Assembly (NCBI GenBank): GCA_026396805.1 | Contig: JAPLVZ010000009.1 | Location: 4,058 to 68,057, forward strand | Source of the DNA: Candidatus Falkowbacteria bacterium | GTDB lineage: Bacteria > Patescibacteriota > Patescibacteriia > Patescibacteriales > UBA12465 | Reading direction: 5' to 3' | Length of the DNA stretch: 64,000 nt | Shown: piece by piece, positions 52,631 to 61,548 of the stretch | Numbering within the stretch: position 1 is the first letter of the stretch | Layout of the letters: each line of letters begins with the position of its first letter | Notes under the pieces: model-generated | Told to the model about the DNA's origin: nothing | What the model saw: the letters and a program-made list of their open reading frames with translations, nothing else | Databases searched by the model: none | Program-made: the position numbers and the translations under genes

Positions 52631-54640
52631 ATGTTAACAAACTTATTTATTCTCGGGAGCGCTCTGGTCGCTCTCATCTATGGCGGAGTGGTTATCGTTT
52701 CTATCCTGCATAAGCCCGAAGGAAACGACAAAATGAAAGAAATCGCGGCCGCTATTCAAGCCGGCGCTAAAGCTTTTTTAAATCGTCAGTATCGCGCGGT
52801 GGCGCTCGTGGCGGCCGTCTTATTTTTACTCATCGGTTTTGTTCCGGCTTTAGGCTGGCTCACCGCTCTGGCGTTTTTAGCGGGCGCGGTTTTGTCGGCT
52901 TTGACCGGTTATATCGGCATGTATGTCAGCGTTCGCGCTAACGTCCGGACGACGGAAGCGGCTCGCGGCGGTTTAGCCAAAGCCTTAAACGTCGCCGTTT
53001 ATGGCGGCAGTGTTACCGGGATGCTCGTTGTCGGATTGGCTTTGCTGGGCACGGCCGGTTTTTATTTTTTAACTCACGATTTGCACGCTTTAATCGGTTT
53101 CGCTTTCGGCGGATCGCTCATTTCTATTTTTGCCCGTTTAGGCGGCGGTATTTATACTAAGGCCGCGGACGTGGGCGCCGACTTAGTCGGGAAAGTTGAA
53201 GCTAATATTCCGGAAGACGATCCTCGCAATCCCGCGGTTATCGCCGACAACGTCGGTGATAATGTCGGCGATTGCGCGGGCATGGCGGCTGATTTATTCG
53301 AGACTTACGCGGTCACTTCAATCGCGGCCATGATTTTAGGCAGTTTGCTTTTTGCCGGCCGCGACAACATCATTTTATATCCGTTAGTTTTAGGCGCGGT
53401 TTCTATTATTGCTTCCATCATCGGTATTGGCTTTATCCGTTTAGGGAAAAAGAATAATATCATGCGCGCTTTGTATAAAGGCTTGATCGCGGCTGGCATT
53501 TTATCGGCCATCGCTTTTTACCCGATCACTAAATACATGATTGACGGCGCTTTAAGCCTTAATATTTATTTAGCTTCGCTTATCGGTTTGGCCGTTACCG
53601 GCTTGCTGGTAATTATCACTGAATTTTATACCTCAACCGCTTTTAGTCCGGTTAAAGGAATCGCGGAAGCTTCAAAAACCGGCAGCGGCACTAACGTCAT
53701 CGCCGGTTTGGCAGTGGCCATGAAATCCACCGCTTTACCGGTTATCGTTATTTGTTTGGCGATTCTTGGCGCTTATTCTTTGGCCGGCTTATATGGTATC
53801 GCCGTTGCGGCCATGGCCATGTTATCAATGGCGGGGATTATTGTCACCATCGACGCTTATGGGCCGATTACCGATAACGCCGGCGGTATCGCGGAAATGG
53901 CGGAATTGGGAGAGGATGTGCGAAACGTCACCGATCCGTTAGACGCGGTCGGCAATACCACTAAAGCCGTTACCAAGGGTTATGCCATCGGTTCGGCCGC
54001 TTTAGCTGCCCTAGTCTTATTCGCCGATTTCACTTATAAGATAAAAGACGGCGGCGGCAACGCCCAGTTTATGATTGACAATCCTTATGTCTTAATCGGA
54101 TTATTTATCGGCGGGTTATTGCCGTATTTATTCGGGGCCATGGCCATGAAAGCGGTCGGACGCGCGGCCGGCTCGGTCGTGGAAGACGTTCGCGCCCAGT
54201 TCCGGGAAAAGACCGGCATTATGAACGGCACGGAAAAACCGGATTACGGACGCACCGTTGATATCGTTACTAAGGCGGCCATAAAAGAAATGATCATTCC
54301 AGCCTTGATTCCGGTGGCCGCTCCGATTATTGTCGGTTTTGGTTTTAATATATTCGGCGCCGGGCGCGGTCTGGAAGCTTTAGGCGGGCTGCTCGTCGGT
54401 TCCATCGTCACCGGAATTTTTGTCGCCGTTTCGATGACATCAGGTGGCGGCGCTTGGGATAACGCCAAGAAATATATTGAAGCCGGGCATTTCGGCGGCA
54501 AGGGTTCGGACGCGCATAAGGCGGCGGTGACCGGCGACACGGTCGGCGATCCTTATAAAGATACCGCCGGACCGGCGATCAATCCGATGATTAAAGTTTT
54601 AAATATTGTGGCCTTACTGATTGTGGGGTTATTGCTCTAA
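52631..54640 (+). CDS. hppA: membrane-integral proton/sodium-translocating pyrophosphatase
   Basis: 669 aa, ~16 TM, signatures [49 protein letters not shown]. Confidence 0.96.
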   Translation: MLTNLFILGSALVALIYGGVVIVSILHKPEGNDKMKEIAAAIQAGAKAFLNRQYRAVALVAAVLFLLIGFVPALGWLTALAFLAGAVLSALTGYIGMYVSVRANVRTTEAARGGLAKALNVAVYGGSVTGMLVVGLALLGTAGFYFLTHDLHALIGFAFGGSLISIFARLGGGIYTKAADVGADLVGKVEANIPEDDPRNPAVIADNVGDNVGDCAGMAADLFETYAVTSIAAMILGSLLFAGRDNIILYPLVLGAVSIIASIIGIGFIRLGKKNNIMRALYKGLIAAGILSAIAFYPITKYMIDGALSLNIYLASLIGLAVTGLLVIITEFYTSTAFSPVKGIAEASKTGSGTNVIAGLAVAMKSTALPVIVICLAILGAYSLAGLYGIAVAAMAMLSMAGIIVTIDAYGPITDNAGGIAEMAELGEDVRNVTDPLDAVGNTTKAVTKGYAIGSAALAALVLFADFTYKIKDGGGNAQFMIDNPYVLIGLFIGGLLPYLFGAMAMKAVGRAAGSVVEDVRAQFREKTGIMNGTEKPDYGRTVDIVTKAAIKEMIIPALIPVAAPIIVGFGFNIFGAGRGLEALGGLLVGSIVTGIFVAVSMTSGGGAWDNAKKYIEAGHFGGKGSDAHKAAVTGDTVGDPYKDTAGPAINPMIKVLNIVALLIVGLLL

Positions 54641-54678
54641 ACGGGTTGTTACTCCGCTTCTACTAAATTAAAATATTT

Positions 54679-55980
54679 ATGCAAGTTATTAAAAAAGATT
54701 TACCCAAATCACAGATTGAATTGACCGTGGAGCTGTCCAACGAAGAGTTCGCTCCTTATATTGAGAAAGGAGCGGAAAAGGTTTCTAAAGAAGTCAAAAT
54801 CGAAGGCTTCCGGCCGGGCAAAGTTCCGCTTAACGTCTTAAAGCAGAAGATTGGCGAGATGACTATCTTAGAAGAAGCCGCTAATTTGGCCATTCGTAAG
54901 ACTATCGACGAAGTAGTTGAGAAAAATACTATGGGTCGTCAGGCTGTCGGCCAGCCGCAAGTAAACGTCACTAAGCTCGCGCCGAATAATCCTTTGGAAT
55001 ATAAAGTTATTGTTTCTATTCTCCCGGAAATTGCTTTAGGAAAATATAAGGATTTAAATATCAAGCCGGAAGAGGCCAAGGTAGAGGGCAAAGAATTAGA
55101 GCGAGCCATGAATGATCTAAGGGAAATGCGCGCGAGCGAAGTTATTGTCGACCGGGAAGTGAAAATGAGCGATAAGGCGGTAGTGGATATCAAGATGTTT
55201 TTAGATAAAGTACCGCTCGAGGATGGCGAACATAAAGAATTAGGATTATTACTCGGCAAAGATTATTTCGTGCCTGGTTTTGACAAAAAGCTCGTCGGCG
55301 CGAAGAAAGGCGAGAAGCGAAAATTTGAGCTTCCTTATCCCGACAATCATCATCAGAAAAATCTCGCCGGCAAGATGGTTGAGTTTGAGGTTACCGTTAA
55401 GGAGGTTTATGATCGTATCCTGCCGGAATTAAACGATGAATTTGCCACTTTTTTTCAGCTTAAGGATCTGGAAGAATTAAAGAAAAATTTGGAAGCCAGC
55501 TTGCTTCAAGAGAAGAAACATCGGGCGGATTTAAAAAATGAATCAGAGCTGCTCTCTAAAATAGTCGCCGACGCCAAATTTGGAGAATTCCCGGAAGAAA
55601 TAATCCAGAACGAACTCAAGAATATGCTGGCCGAACTGGAGCAGAGCGTCGTCCGCCAGGGCGGGAAGTTTGAAGATTATTTGTCCAGTCTCAAGAAAGA
55701 TCGGGCGGCCCTAATGTTAGAAATGGCGCCTAACGCCGTTAAGCGCATCAAATCAGCGCTCATTATTCGCGAACTGGCTGTTATTGAAAAGATCGCGCCG
55801 ACCGAACATGAAATCCATGAAAAGATTGACGAGCTCAAAAAGCAATATGCGAGCAATAAGGAAGTTATGAAAATGTTGGAGGAGCCGGGTTACTATACTT
55901 ATTTAGCTAATATCTTGACTAATGAAAAAGTAATCGCGAAATTAAAAGAATGGAACTATGCCAAGCCTGGCGCAAAATAA
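54679..55980 (+). CDS. tig: trigger factor
   Basis: 433 aa, N-terminal ribosome-binding GFRPGKVP motif, central FKBP-like domain. Confidence 0.93.
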   Translation: MQVIKKDLPKSQIELTVELSNEEFAPYIEKGAEKVSKEVKIEGFRPGKVPLNVLKQKIGEMTILEEAANLAIRKTIDEVVEKNTMGRQAVGQPQVNVTKLAPNNPLEYKVIVSILPEIALGKYKDLNIKPEEAKVEGKELERAMNDLREMRASEVIVDREVKMSDKAVVDIKMFLDKVPLEDGEHKELGLLLGKDYFVPGFDKKLVGAKKGEKRKFELPYPDNHHQKNLAGKMVEFEVTVKEVYDRILPELNDEFATFFQLKDLEELKKNLEASLLQEKKHRADLKNESELLSKIVADAKFGEFPEEIIQNELKNMLAELEQSVVRQGGKFEDYLSSLKKDRAALMLEMAPNAVKRIKSALIIRELAVIEKIAPTEHEIHEKIDELKKQYASNKEVMKMLEEPGYYTYLANILTNEKVIAKLKEWNYAKPGAK

Positions 55981-56416
55981 AAAAGCCCGATTTGATTATG
56001 AGATACTGGATAAATATGAAGCCGGTCTAGTTCTCTATGGCCACGAAGTCAAAGCGGTGCGCGCCGGTCAGGTCAGTCTGAAGGGCAGTTATATCTCCGT
56101 TCGGACTAAAAACGGGAAAACCGAACTCTATCTTATCAGCGCCATGATTTTCCCTTATAAGTCTGCCGGACCGATGCCGAACTATAATCAGACGCGGGAA
56201 CGCAAATTACTTTTGAAAAAAGGGGAAATTAGTCAATTATTAGGCAAGAAACAGACCGAGGGCTTGACACTCGTCCCCCTCAAAATATATACTAATCATA
56301 GTTTTCTGAAGCTTGAATTCGCCGTCGCCAAAGGCAAGAAGAAATATGATAAGCGCGAGGCGATTAAGAAGCGAGAAGTAGACAGAAATCTAAGGTCATT
56401 AACAAAAAGGCGCTAG
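55958..56416 (+). CDS. smpB: SsrA-binding protein SmpB
   Basis: ARFDYEILDKYEAGLVLxGxEVK pattern, basic C-terminal tail; overlaps tig by 23 nt and precedes the tmRNA. Confidence 0.93.
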   Translation: MPSLAQNKKARFDYEILDKYEAGLVLYGHEVKAVRAGQVSLKGSYISVRTKNGKTELYLISAMIFPYKSAGPMPNYNQTRERKLLLKKGEISQLLGKKQTEGLTLVPLKIYTNHSFLKLEFAVAKGKKKYDKREAIKKREVDRNLRSLTKRR

Positions 56417-56434
56417 CGCCTTTACAGTGATTAA

Positions 56435-56818
56435 GGGGATGCAAGGCCTCGACAGCCGGCCTTTTTCTAAATATTCAAAACGCGCTTAGTTATCCGCGTT
56501 AAACTGACTAAAAAACATAATTGCCAAAACGGCAAGAGCATTCACTTGGGCTTGCCCGAGCTATGCTCCAGTTATGGCCTAATTAATAAAGCCATAGCCA
56601 TCGGACACGGCCAGTCTTCATAACCGTTTTTCCGGTGTCATTAACATGAAGATAGATACTATCCGCTCTTTCCGGAAAGATATCGAAACAACAGAAAGAT
56701 CGTTCCAATCGCTTTTGTTCGGTTTCTGATGATTGGGATTAAACAACAAAATCGATCTATTTTTGTAAATGTATTTAGATAAACCGACTGGACATGGGTT
56801 CAACTCCCATCATCTCCA
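56435..56818 (+). ncRNA. ssrA: tmRNA (SsrA)
   Basis: 5' GGGGATGCAAGGCCTCGACAG, 3' GGACATGGGTTCAACTCCCATCATCTCCA; acceptor pairing GGGGATG/CATCTCC includes G3-U; internal tag frame ending ...SYAPVMA-TAA at 56580-56582; directly after smpB. Confidence 0.9.
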
Positions 56819-56832
56819 CATTAGTTAGCAGC

Positions 56833-56914
56833 GGTCCAGTGGTGGAACTGGTATACACGCAGCACTTAAAATGCTGTGCCGTAAGGTATGTGGGTTCGAT
56901 TCCCACCTGGACCA
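56833..56914 (+). tRNA. tRNA-Leu, anticodon UAA (class II, long variable arm)
   Basis: Acceptor GGTCCAG/CTGGACC, anticodon stem CAGCA/TGCTG, loop CTTAAAA, 13-nt variable arm, T arm GTGGG-TTCGATT-CCCAC. Confidence 0.9.
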
Positions 56915-56927
56915 CGTAGTTTAAATT

Positions 56928-57002
56928 GCGGGTATAGTATAGTGGTTATTATACGTGCTTGCCAAGCACGATAGACGGGTTCGATTCCCGTTACCCGCTC
57001 CA
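56928..57002 (+). tRNA. tRNA-Gly, anticodon GCC, CCA encoded
   Basis: Acceptor GCGGGTA/TACCCGC, anticodon stem CGTGC/GCACG, loop TTGCCAA, T arm ACGGG-TTCGATT-CCCGT, discriminator U, CCA 57000-57002. Confidence 0.92.
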
Positions 57003-57121
57003 AACGAGAAACACCATTTTATTGGTGTTTTTTGTTGTTTGTTTACCGATTATGGCTTAGGCCTAACAGGGATTGAAAAATATTAAAATTATTGACACTT
57101 ACGATTAGGTTGTGCTATATT
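56997..57121 (+). repeat. junction module copy 1 (core GCTCCA, hairpin-terminator, GGGATTGAAAAA, promoter)
   Basis: 56997-57038 matches 58879-58920 at 41 of 42 nt; hairpin ACACCA-TTTTAT-TGGTGT 57011-57028 plus U-run; TTGACA 57092-57097, 18-nt spacer, TATATT 57116-57121. Confidence 0.85.
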
Positions 57122-57174
57122 CTTTTATTACCTTAAAAATAGAATAATCACTAAAATTTATAGGAGGATTAAAC

Positions 57175-57957
57175 ATGAACTTAACATTAGACGAGCTTAA
57201 ACCATATTTTGGCGGATGGTTAGAGATCAAGAAAACAAATGCATGTCATTTTCAAGGAGGAATCAGGACCCTAACTATCACCGACGGTAATATCTTAAAA
57301 ATTGAGTTTGTTTGGAAGATGCAATTTGAGGGATGGCCGAGTAAAAACCCCAGATGGATCCATGTTCCAGAATTTACGGAATATAATATCAATCTTGAGG
57401 ATTGCAGTGTTCCTAGTTGGGAAACGGTTAAAGAAAAAACAATTCTTCTTTACTTTGCTTCTGCCGATGGAAAAATAATATTTCATATGGCTAATGACAT
57501 GAATCCCATCAAAACGCTGGATACTGAAGGCTGCCCCGTGTTGCTTAGACTGGAACTACAAAAAATGAAAGAGCAGTTTCTTTCGGTAATGGATCTAAGC
57601 AAGATATCAAGAGTTAATTTCGATTTAGCACTAATCCCCATTAAGGAGGGCTGCAGATTTATGCGAATTGATTTAAAATGGCAAGGCGCCATAAAGTCTT
57701 TCATAAGGATTCAGAAAAATGCCGAAGACAACCATGCTCGTATTTATTATGGTCTTCTTCACGAAATTGCCGGACAGTTTTCGTTAACGCACTATGACAT
57801 AGAACACTTAATGTCTGATAGGGGCGGAGGATTTCTACGGCGCTTAGAAGAAAACAATATAGAAGTTTGGGGATCAAGTTCATATTTTCCTGGAGAACCG
57901 AACCATGAACTAACCAGAAGTATTTTAAGGGAAGAATTGTTTTGTCAGGTTAGTTGA
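57175..57957 (+). CDS. hypothetical protein (cassette 1 cargo)
   Basis: 260-aa ORF with strong RBS (TAGGAGGATTAAACATG), own promoter and terminator; no family recognised by eye. Confidence 0.75.
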   Translation: MNLTLDELKPYFGGWLEIKKTNACHFQGGIRTLTITDGNILKIEFVWKMQFEGWPSKNPRWIHVPEFTEYNINLEDCSVPSWETVKEKTILLYFASADGKIIFHMANDMNPIKTLDTEGCPVLLRLELQKMKEQFLSVMDLSKISRVNFDLALIPIKEGCRFMRIDLKWQGAIKSFIRIQKNAEDNHARIYYGLLHEIAGQFSLTHYDIEHLMSDRGGGFLRRLEENNIEVWGSSSYFPGEPNHELTRSILREELFCQVS

Positions 57958-58010
57958 TAAGAGTTTGGACAATCAAAACAATGAATGATTGATTGATTGA
58001 GAATAGTAAG

Positions 58011-58045
58011 GCTGGGTGTAATAATATCCCAGCTTTTTTATTTTC
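58011..58045 (+). terminator. terminator of cassette 1 gene
   Basis: GCTGGG (58011-16) pairs with CCCAGC (58028-33), then TTTTTTATTTT. Confidence 0.75.
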
Positions 58046-58047
58046 CT

Positions 58048-58108
58048 AAATTTATAACCAAACTGCAAAAGGAGCTCACAAACAAAGCAGTCCAAAAGGG
58101 CTGTTTTT
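58048..58108 (+). repeat. cassette end motif copy 1 plus degenerate junction hairpin
   Basis: AAATTTATAACCAAACTGCAAAAGGAGCTC; 58050-58077 is identical to 58855-58882 (28 nt); then ACAAACAAAG, hairpin CAGTCC-AAAA-GGGCTG (58088-58103), TTTTT. Confidence 0.85.
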
Positions 58109-58159
58109 GTGTTATAATATGTATAATATCAATATCTCGCCATAATAAATCACAAATCT

Positions 58160-58801
58160 ATGCCCTCTACAAAAATCTTTCTCACCTCTTCCGTCAATCT
58201 CGTCGCGAAAGATATCGCCCAAAAGATTGGCGGCGCCAAGAACAAAAAACTTCTTTATATCTATACCGCTTGCGAAAAGAAGCTTGGCGAGCCTTGGCAA
58301 ATAGCCGATAGAAACGCTCTCGTTGAAGCCGGTTTCAAAGTTATTGATTATACAATAACCGGTAAAACTAAAGAAGCTATAAAAAAAGACATTCAAAAAA
58401 TAGATGTCATATATTTTAGCGGCGGGAACACCTTTTATCTTCTTCAGCAAATTCAACTCACCAAATCCGCTCCTATATTTCGCGAGGTTGTAAAAAATGG
58501 CAAGATTTATATTGGCACCAGCGCCGGTTCTATTGTGGCTGGCCCGGATATTTATCCAACTTACAAATTAGACAACGCGAAGCAAGCACCAAAGTTAAAA
58601 GGTTATAAAGGTTTGGGTCTAGTGGATTTTGTTGTCTTGCCCCATTGGGGCAGCCAACATTTTAAAAAACGTTACCTTAAGCAAAGATTAGCCCATAACT
58701 ATAACACCAAGCATAAGTTAGTTATTTTAAACGACTATCAATATCTGCAGATAGAAGACGGGTGGTATCGAATGGTTGAGATTAAACATAAAACTAGTTA
58801 A
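58160..58801 (+). CDS. peptidase S51 (dipeptidase E-like) family protein (cassette 2 cargo)
   Basis: IYFSGGNTFYLL, IGTSAGSIVAGP (nucleophile Ser context), LPHW; extended -10 TGTTATAAT at 58110-58118 upstream. Confidence 0.75.
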   Translation: MPSTKIFLTSSVNLVAKDIAQKIGGAKNKKLLYIYTACEKKLGEPWQIADRNALVEAGFKVIDYTITGKTKEAIKKDIQKIDVIYFSGGNTFYLLQQIQLTKSAPIFREVVKNGKIYIGTSAGSIVAGPDIYPTYKLDNAKQAPKLKGYKGLGLVDFVVLPHWGSQHFKKRYLKQRLAHNYNTKHKLVILNDYQYLQIEDGWYRMVEIKHKTS

Positions 58802-58852
58802 TTAATTGTTAGTTTATATACGAGAAAGATCTCTCAACTCTACATTAATTTT

Positions 58853-58995
58853 AGATTTATAACCAAACTGCAAAAGGAGCTCCAAACGAGAAACGCCATT
58901 TTATTGGTGTTTTTTGTTGTCGATTTAGCTATTTTAGGTTAGGGATAACGGGGATTGAAAAGTATTGACTAAAACAAAATATTATTGTAATATTT
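58853..58995 (+). repeat. cassette end motif copy 2 plus junction module copy 2
   Basis: AGATTTATAACCAAACTGCAAAAGGAGCTC, core and hairpin ACGCCA-TTTTAT-TGGTGT (58893-58910), GGGGATTGAAAA (58950-58961), TTGACT 58965-70, 17-nt spacer, TAATAT 58988-93. Confidence 0.85.
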
Positions 58996-59040
58996 AATGT
59001 CCTTAATTAATGTATCATTAACAACAAAAATACACAGAAA

Positions 59041-59352
59041 ATGGAAACAGTTACAGAATTTACCGTAATGGGTGAGAAACAAAAAGTCAAAGTTCTTTTT
59101 GAGAGTGTTTTTCAAATGAAATATTTCATTCGATTCACTCGAAACATTATTATTAGTATCGCCGAAGGCAATAATAGTCGGACAACCGGCGATATATTTT
59201 TCTGGAAAAAGGGAAATGATGAAGTTTATAAATCTATTGGTTACATGGACCTCGCTGAAAGAGATACAAATGATACTCTTTGGAGAGTCCAACCGAAAAG
59301 AACATCCTGTGTTGAGCTCGGGAAAAGGATAGTTATGTTTCTGACCGATTAA
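59041..59352 (+). CDS. hypothetical protein (cassette 3 cargo)
   Basis: 103-aa ORF downstream of the junction promoter and followed by a terminator; preferred over the overlapping antisense ORF 58969..59292, whose product looks like noise. Confidence 0.55.
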   Translation: METVTEFTVMGEKQKVKVLFESVFQMKYFIRFTRNIIISIAEGNNSRTTGDIFFWKKGNDEVYKSIGYMDLAERDTNDTLWRVQPKRTSCVELGKRIVMFLTD

Positions 59353-59377
59353 ACTGATTTCTCAGAAAAACCGGACT

Positions 59378-59405
59378 AAGGCTGAATTTGTGTCAGCCTT
59401 TTTTA
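59378..59405 (+). terminator. terminator of cassette 3 gene
   Basis: AAGGCTGA (59378-85) pairs with TCAGCCTT (59393-400), then TTTTT. Confidence 0.75.
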
Positions 59406-59412
59406 TATCCTC

Positions 59413-59487
59413 AAATTTATAACAAAACCGCAAAATGAACCCGGACGTAAAATAAACGAAAAACAGACCTGGTTCCGGTCTGTTTTT
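59413..59487 (+). repeat. cassette end motif copy 3 plus junction hairpin (also a bidirectional terminator)
   Basis: AAATTTATAACAAAACCGCAAAATGAAC (59413-59440), A-rich spacer, hairpin ACAGACC(T)GG-TT-CCGGTCTGT (59463-59483) flanked by A-run and T-run. Confidence 0.75.
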
Positions 59488-59559
59488 GCTGTCCAGATAA
59501 ATATTCTTTTTGCGGGGCCTATAAGTTATTGATATCGGGCGACAGAATAAAGCTTTTAT

Positions 59560-61290
59560 TTATTGAAATTTAATATAATTATGCCGCGGGCAAACGATAA
59601 CTTTATCCCCATCTTTAAAAATTTTAGTGGCGTATTTGGTGGCGATTAAGCAAGGAATATTAAGCTCTCGAGAAACAATGGCCGCGTGGCAGGTGATACC
59701 GCCATGGTCGGTGACGATGGCGGCGGCTTTTTTCATGGCCGCCAGAATATCCGGGGTGGTGGCGACAGAAATCAAAACATCTCCTTCCCGCATTTTATTC
59801 ATATCCGCCGTTGAATTGATTATTTTTACTTCTCCATAAATCCAATTGCCGGTTTTCCCCAAGCAAGCGGCCGTCCCTTCCAATAATTTTAGATTTTGGC
59901 CGTCTTGGATGGCCTTTTCCGGTTCGATATTTTTTTGCAAGTACTTGTCCGCCGCCGCGCCGTATAAGAATTTTTTGTCTTGATAAGGATAAACGCAATA
60001 ATTGCTTCTTTCCTGCAGTTCTTGGCGGGAAACGGTTAAGCGGCCACGCAATAAATCTTTGGATTCTTCCCGGGTCAGATTAAATAGGTCTTCTTTTTTA
60101 TAATCCGGCGCCAATTTGGCAAAAATCTGATACATCAGATAGAAGATCAGGAAGGCGGTATCTTTGCGGTGTATCTTTAAATAGGAAAGCAGGCCTAAGG
60201 CGTTAATGAAGTTTTGATGCCGGAGGTCAATCTTTAATTGACGATAAATTTCTTGCTTGCTGGCTTGGACTTCTTTTTCATTATTAAGCAAGCTGTTTTT
60301 TTCTTTTTCCAGCTCCGTCCTATTTTTTGCCCGGAGCTCCTTAAAAATTTGTTGAAAATATCCTAATTCAAAACCCGGACCGACATAACCATAATTAAGC
60401 CAGCGCCAACGGGAATAAATATCCTTTAATTCTTGTAGGCAGGGGCTATTTTGGCTCTTTAAGGCTAATTCTAATAATTCCAGTCTTAGTATCTGGGTAT
60501 AAGTTAATTTTTCCGGAGCCAATAGCCGTTCCATGACATAACCTAAGTTCAATTTGGTCGGTTTGATTTTATTGACCAAATATTTTTTTAAATAATTGGA
60601 GAAGAGCTGATCTTTCAGATCGAAGATAGCGATAGTGTTCAGACCGATTTGAATAGAAATAATTTCCAAAAATTTATCGAAGAGCCGCAGCGCTTTATTT
60701 TTAGAAATTTGGAAATTATTTTGATAGAGTTCCTGAAAGATTTTTTTAGCCTCTTCGCCGACCGCGATACTTTCCGGATAAATGATTTTAAAAACGAAAG
60801 TCGGATTTTTCAGCAGTTTTTTTAAAGAATCCTCGGCCCCCTGTTCAATTATGTCTTTTTCGAAATAGAATTGACCATAATTTCCCCTATAAACGGCGAT
60901 AGCGTCAGACACTTTTTTAATAATTCCTTTCCGGACCCCGTAATCGGACACATAAGCAATCAACATATAGTCAAGCGATAAAAAACAAACGCCGCTCTCT
61001 TCGTTTAATAAGAAATATTTTTGTTTTTGTTCATCTCGCTCCAGAAAAATTCCCTGTAAAGATTTGAAGAAACGATAATCATTGTTCAGGGAATAGAAAT
61101 TCTGCCGATTTTTTTGTTTTTTGAAAACTATATTCAGTTTTATCAATTTATCTAATTCTCGTTGCACGTTCGCCTGATTTTTATCAGTCAATTTGATTAT
61201 TTCCGAAGTCGATAATAATTCGGTTCGATTATCGAAAAGGACGGAAAGAATATCAAACGTTATTTGAGAAGAGAATAGTTTATTAATCAT
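59560..61290 (-). CDS. wHTH DNA-binding domain fused to unknown central region and C-terminal PEP-utilizer phosphohistidine swivel domain
   Basis: N-terminus LSTSEIIKLTDKNQANVQRELDKLIKLNIV (ArsR/MarR-like wHTH); C-terminus EGDVLISVATTPDILAAMKKAAAIVTDHGGITCHAAIVSRELNIPCLI matches the PEP-utilizing-enzyme mobile domain with the conserved His. Confidence 0.8.
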   Translation of the reverse strand: MINKLFSSQITFDILSVLFDNRTELLSTSEIIKLTDKNQANVQRELDKLIKLNIVFKKQKNRQNFYSLNNDYRFFKSLQGIFLERDEQKQKYFLLNEESGVCFLSLDYMLIAYVSDYGVRKGIIKKVSDAIAVYRGNYGQFYFEKDIIEQGAEDSLKKLLKNPTFVFKIIYPESIAVGEEAKKIFQELYQNNFQISKNKALRLFDKFLEIISIQIGLNTIAIFDLKDQLFSNYLKKYLVNKIKPTKLNLGYVMERLLAPEKLTYTQILRLELLELALKSQNSPCLQELKDIYSRWRWLNYGYVGPGFELGYFQQIFKELRAKNRTELEKEKNSLLNNEKEVQASKQEIYRQLKIDLRHQNFINALGLLSYLKIHRKDTAFLIFYLMYQIFAKLAPDYKKEDLFNLTREESKDLLRGRLTVSRQELQERSNYCVYPYQDKKFLYGAAADKYLQKNIEPEKAIQDGQNLKLLEGTAACLGKTGNWIYGEVKIINSTADMNKMREGDVLISVATTPDILAAMKKAAAIVTDHGGITCHAAIVSRELNIPCLIATKYATKIFKDGDKVIVCPRHNYIKFQ

Positions 61291-61301
61291 ATAAGGATTA
61301 T

Positions 61302-61339
61302 TATGCTAATTTAGTATAACAATATGTTATATTAGCATA
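61302..61339. promoter_or_regulatory. nested palindrome, operator candidate upstream of the wHTH-swivel gene
   Basis: TATGCTAAT-TTAG-TATAACA-ATA-TGTTATA-TTAGCATA, 12 nt from the start codon at 61290; a third TATGCTAAT lies at 61428-61436 within GCTAATCTTAGC. Confidence 0.55.
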
Positions 61340-61548
61340 GCTACTTTCAAAAAGCAAGACTTTTCCACTTATTTTTAGCTTATTTCGCTGAATTTTTTGC
61401 TTCTTATATAATTATTATGTAATAAAATATGCTAATCTTAGCTAAAAATTAATTTTTGGAATGATTGCTTTATTAATCTCTATTTACTTTTTATTTTGTT
61501 CTGACTATAATTGGAATACTCAAGTTATAATAATTAATTTCTAAAAAT

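Noticed and set aside
56618-56803. 61-aa minus-strand ORF
   Set aside because: It lies entirely inside the tmRNA gene.
57053-57066. GCTTAGGCCTAAC palindrome resembling integron attC core sites (GTTRRRY/RYYYAAC)
   Set aside because: It is present only in junction copy 1. The homologous positions in copies 2 and 3 (TTAGGTTAGGGATAAC, TGTCAGCGGTAAG) do not keep the paired core sites, so a canonical attC is not supported.
58969-59292. 107-aa minus-strand ORF overlapping the 59041..59352 plus-strand ORF
   Set aside because: The junction promoter and downstream terminator are oriented for the plus strand. The minus-strand product is Cys/Phe/Ile-rich noise-like sequence. The plus-strand call itself remains only moderately confident.
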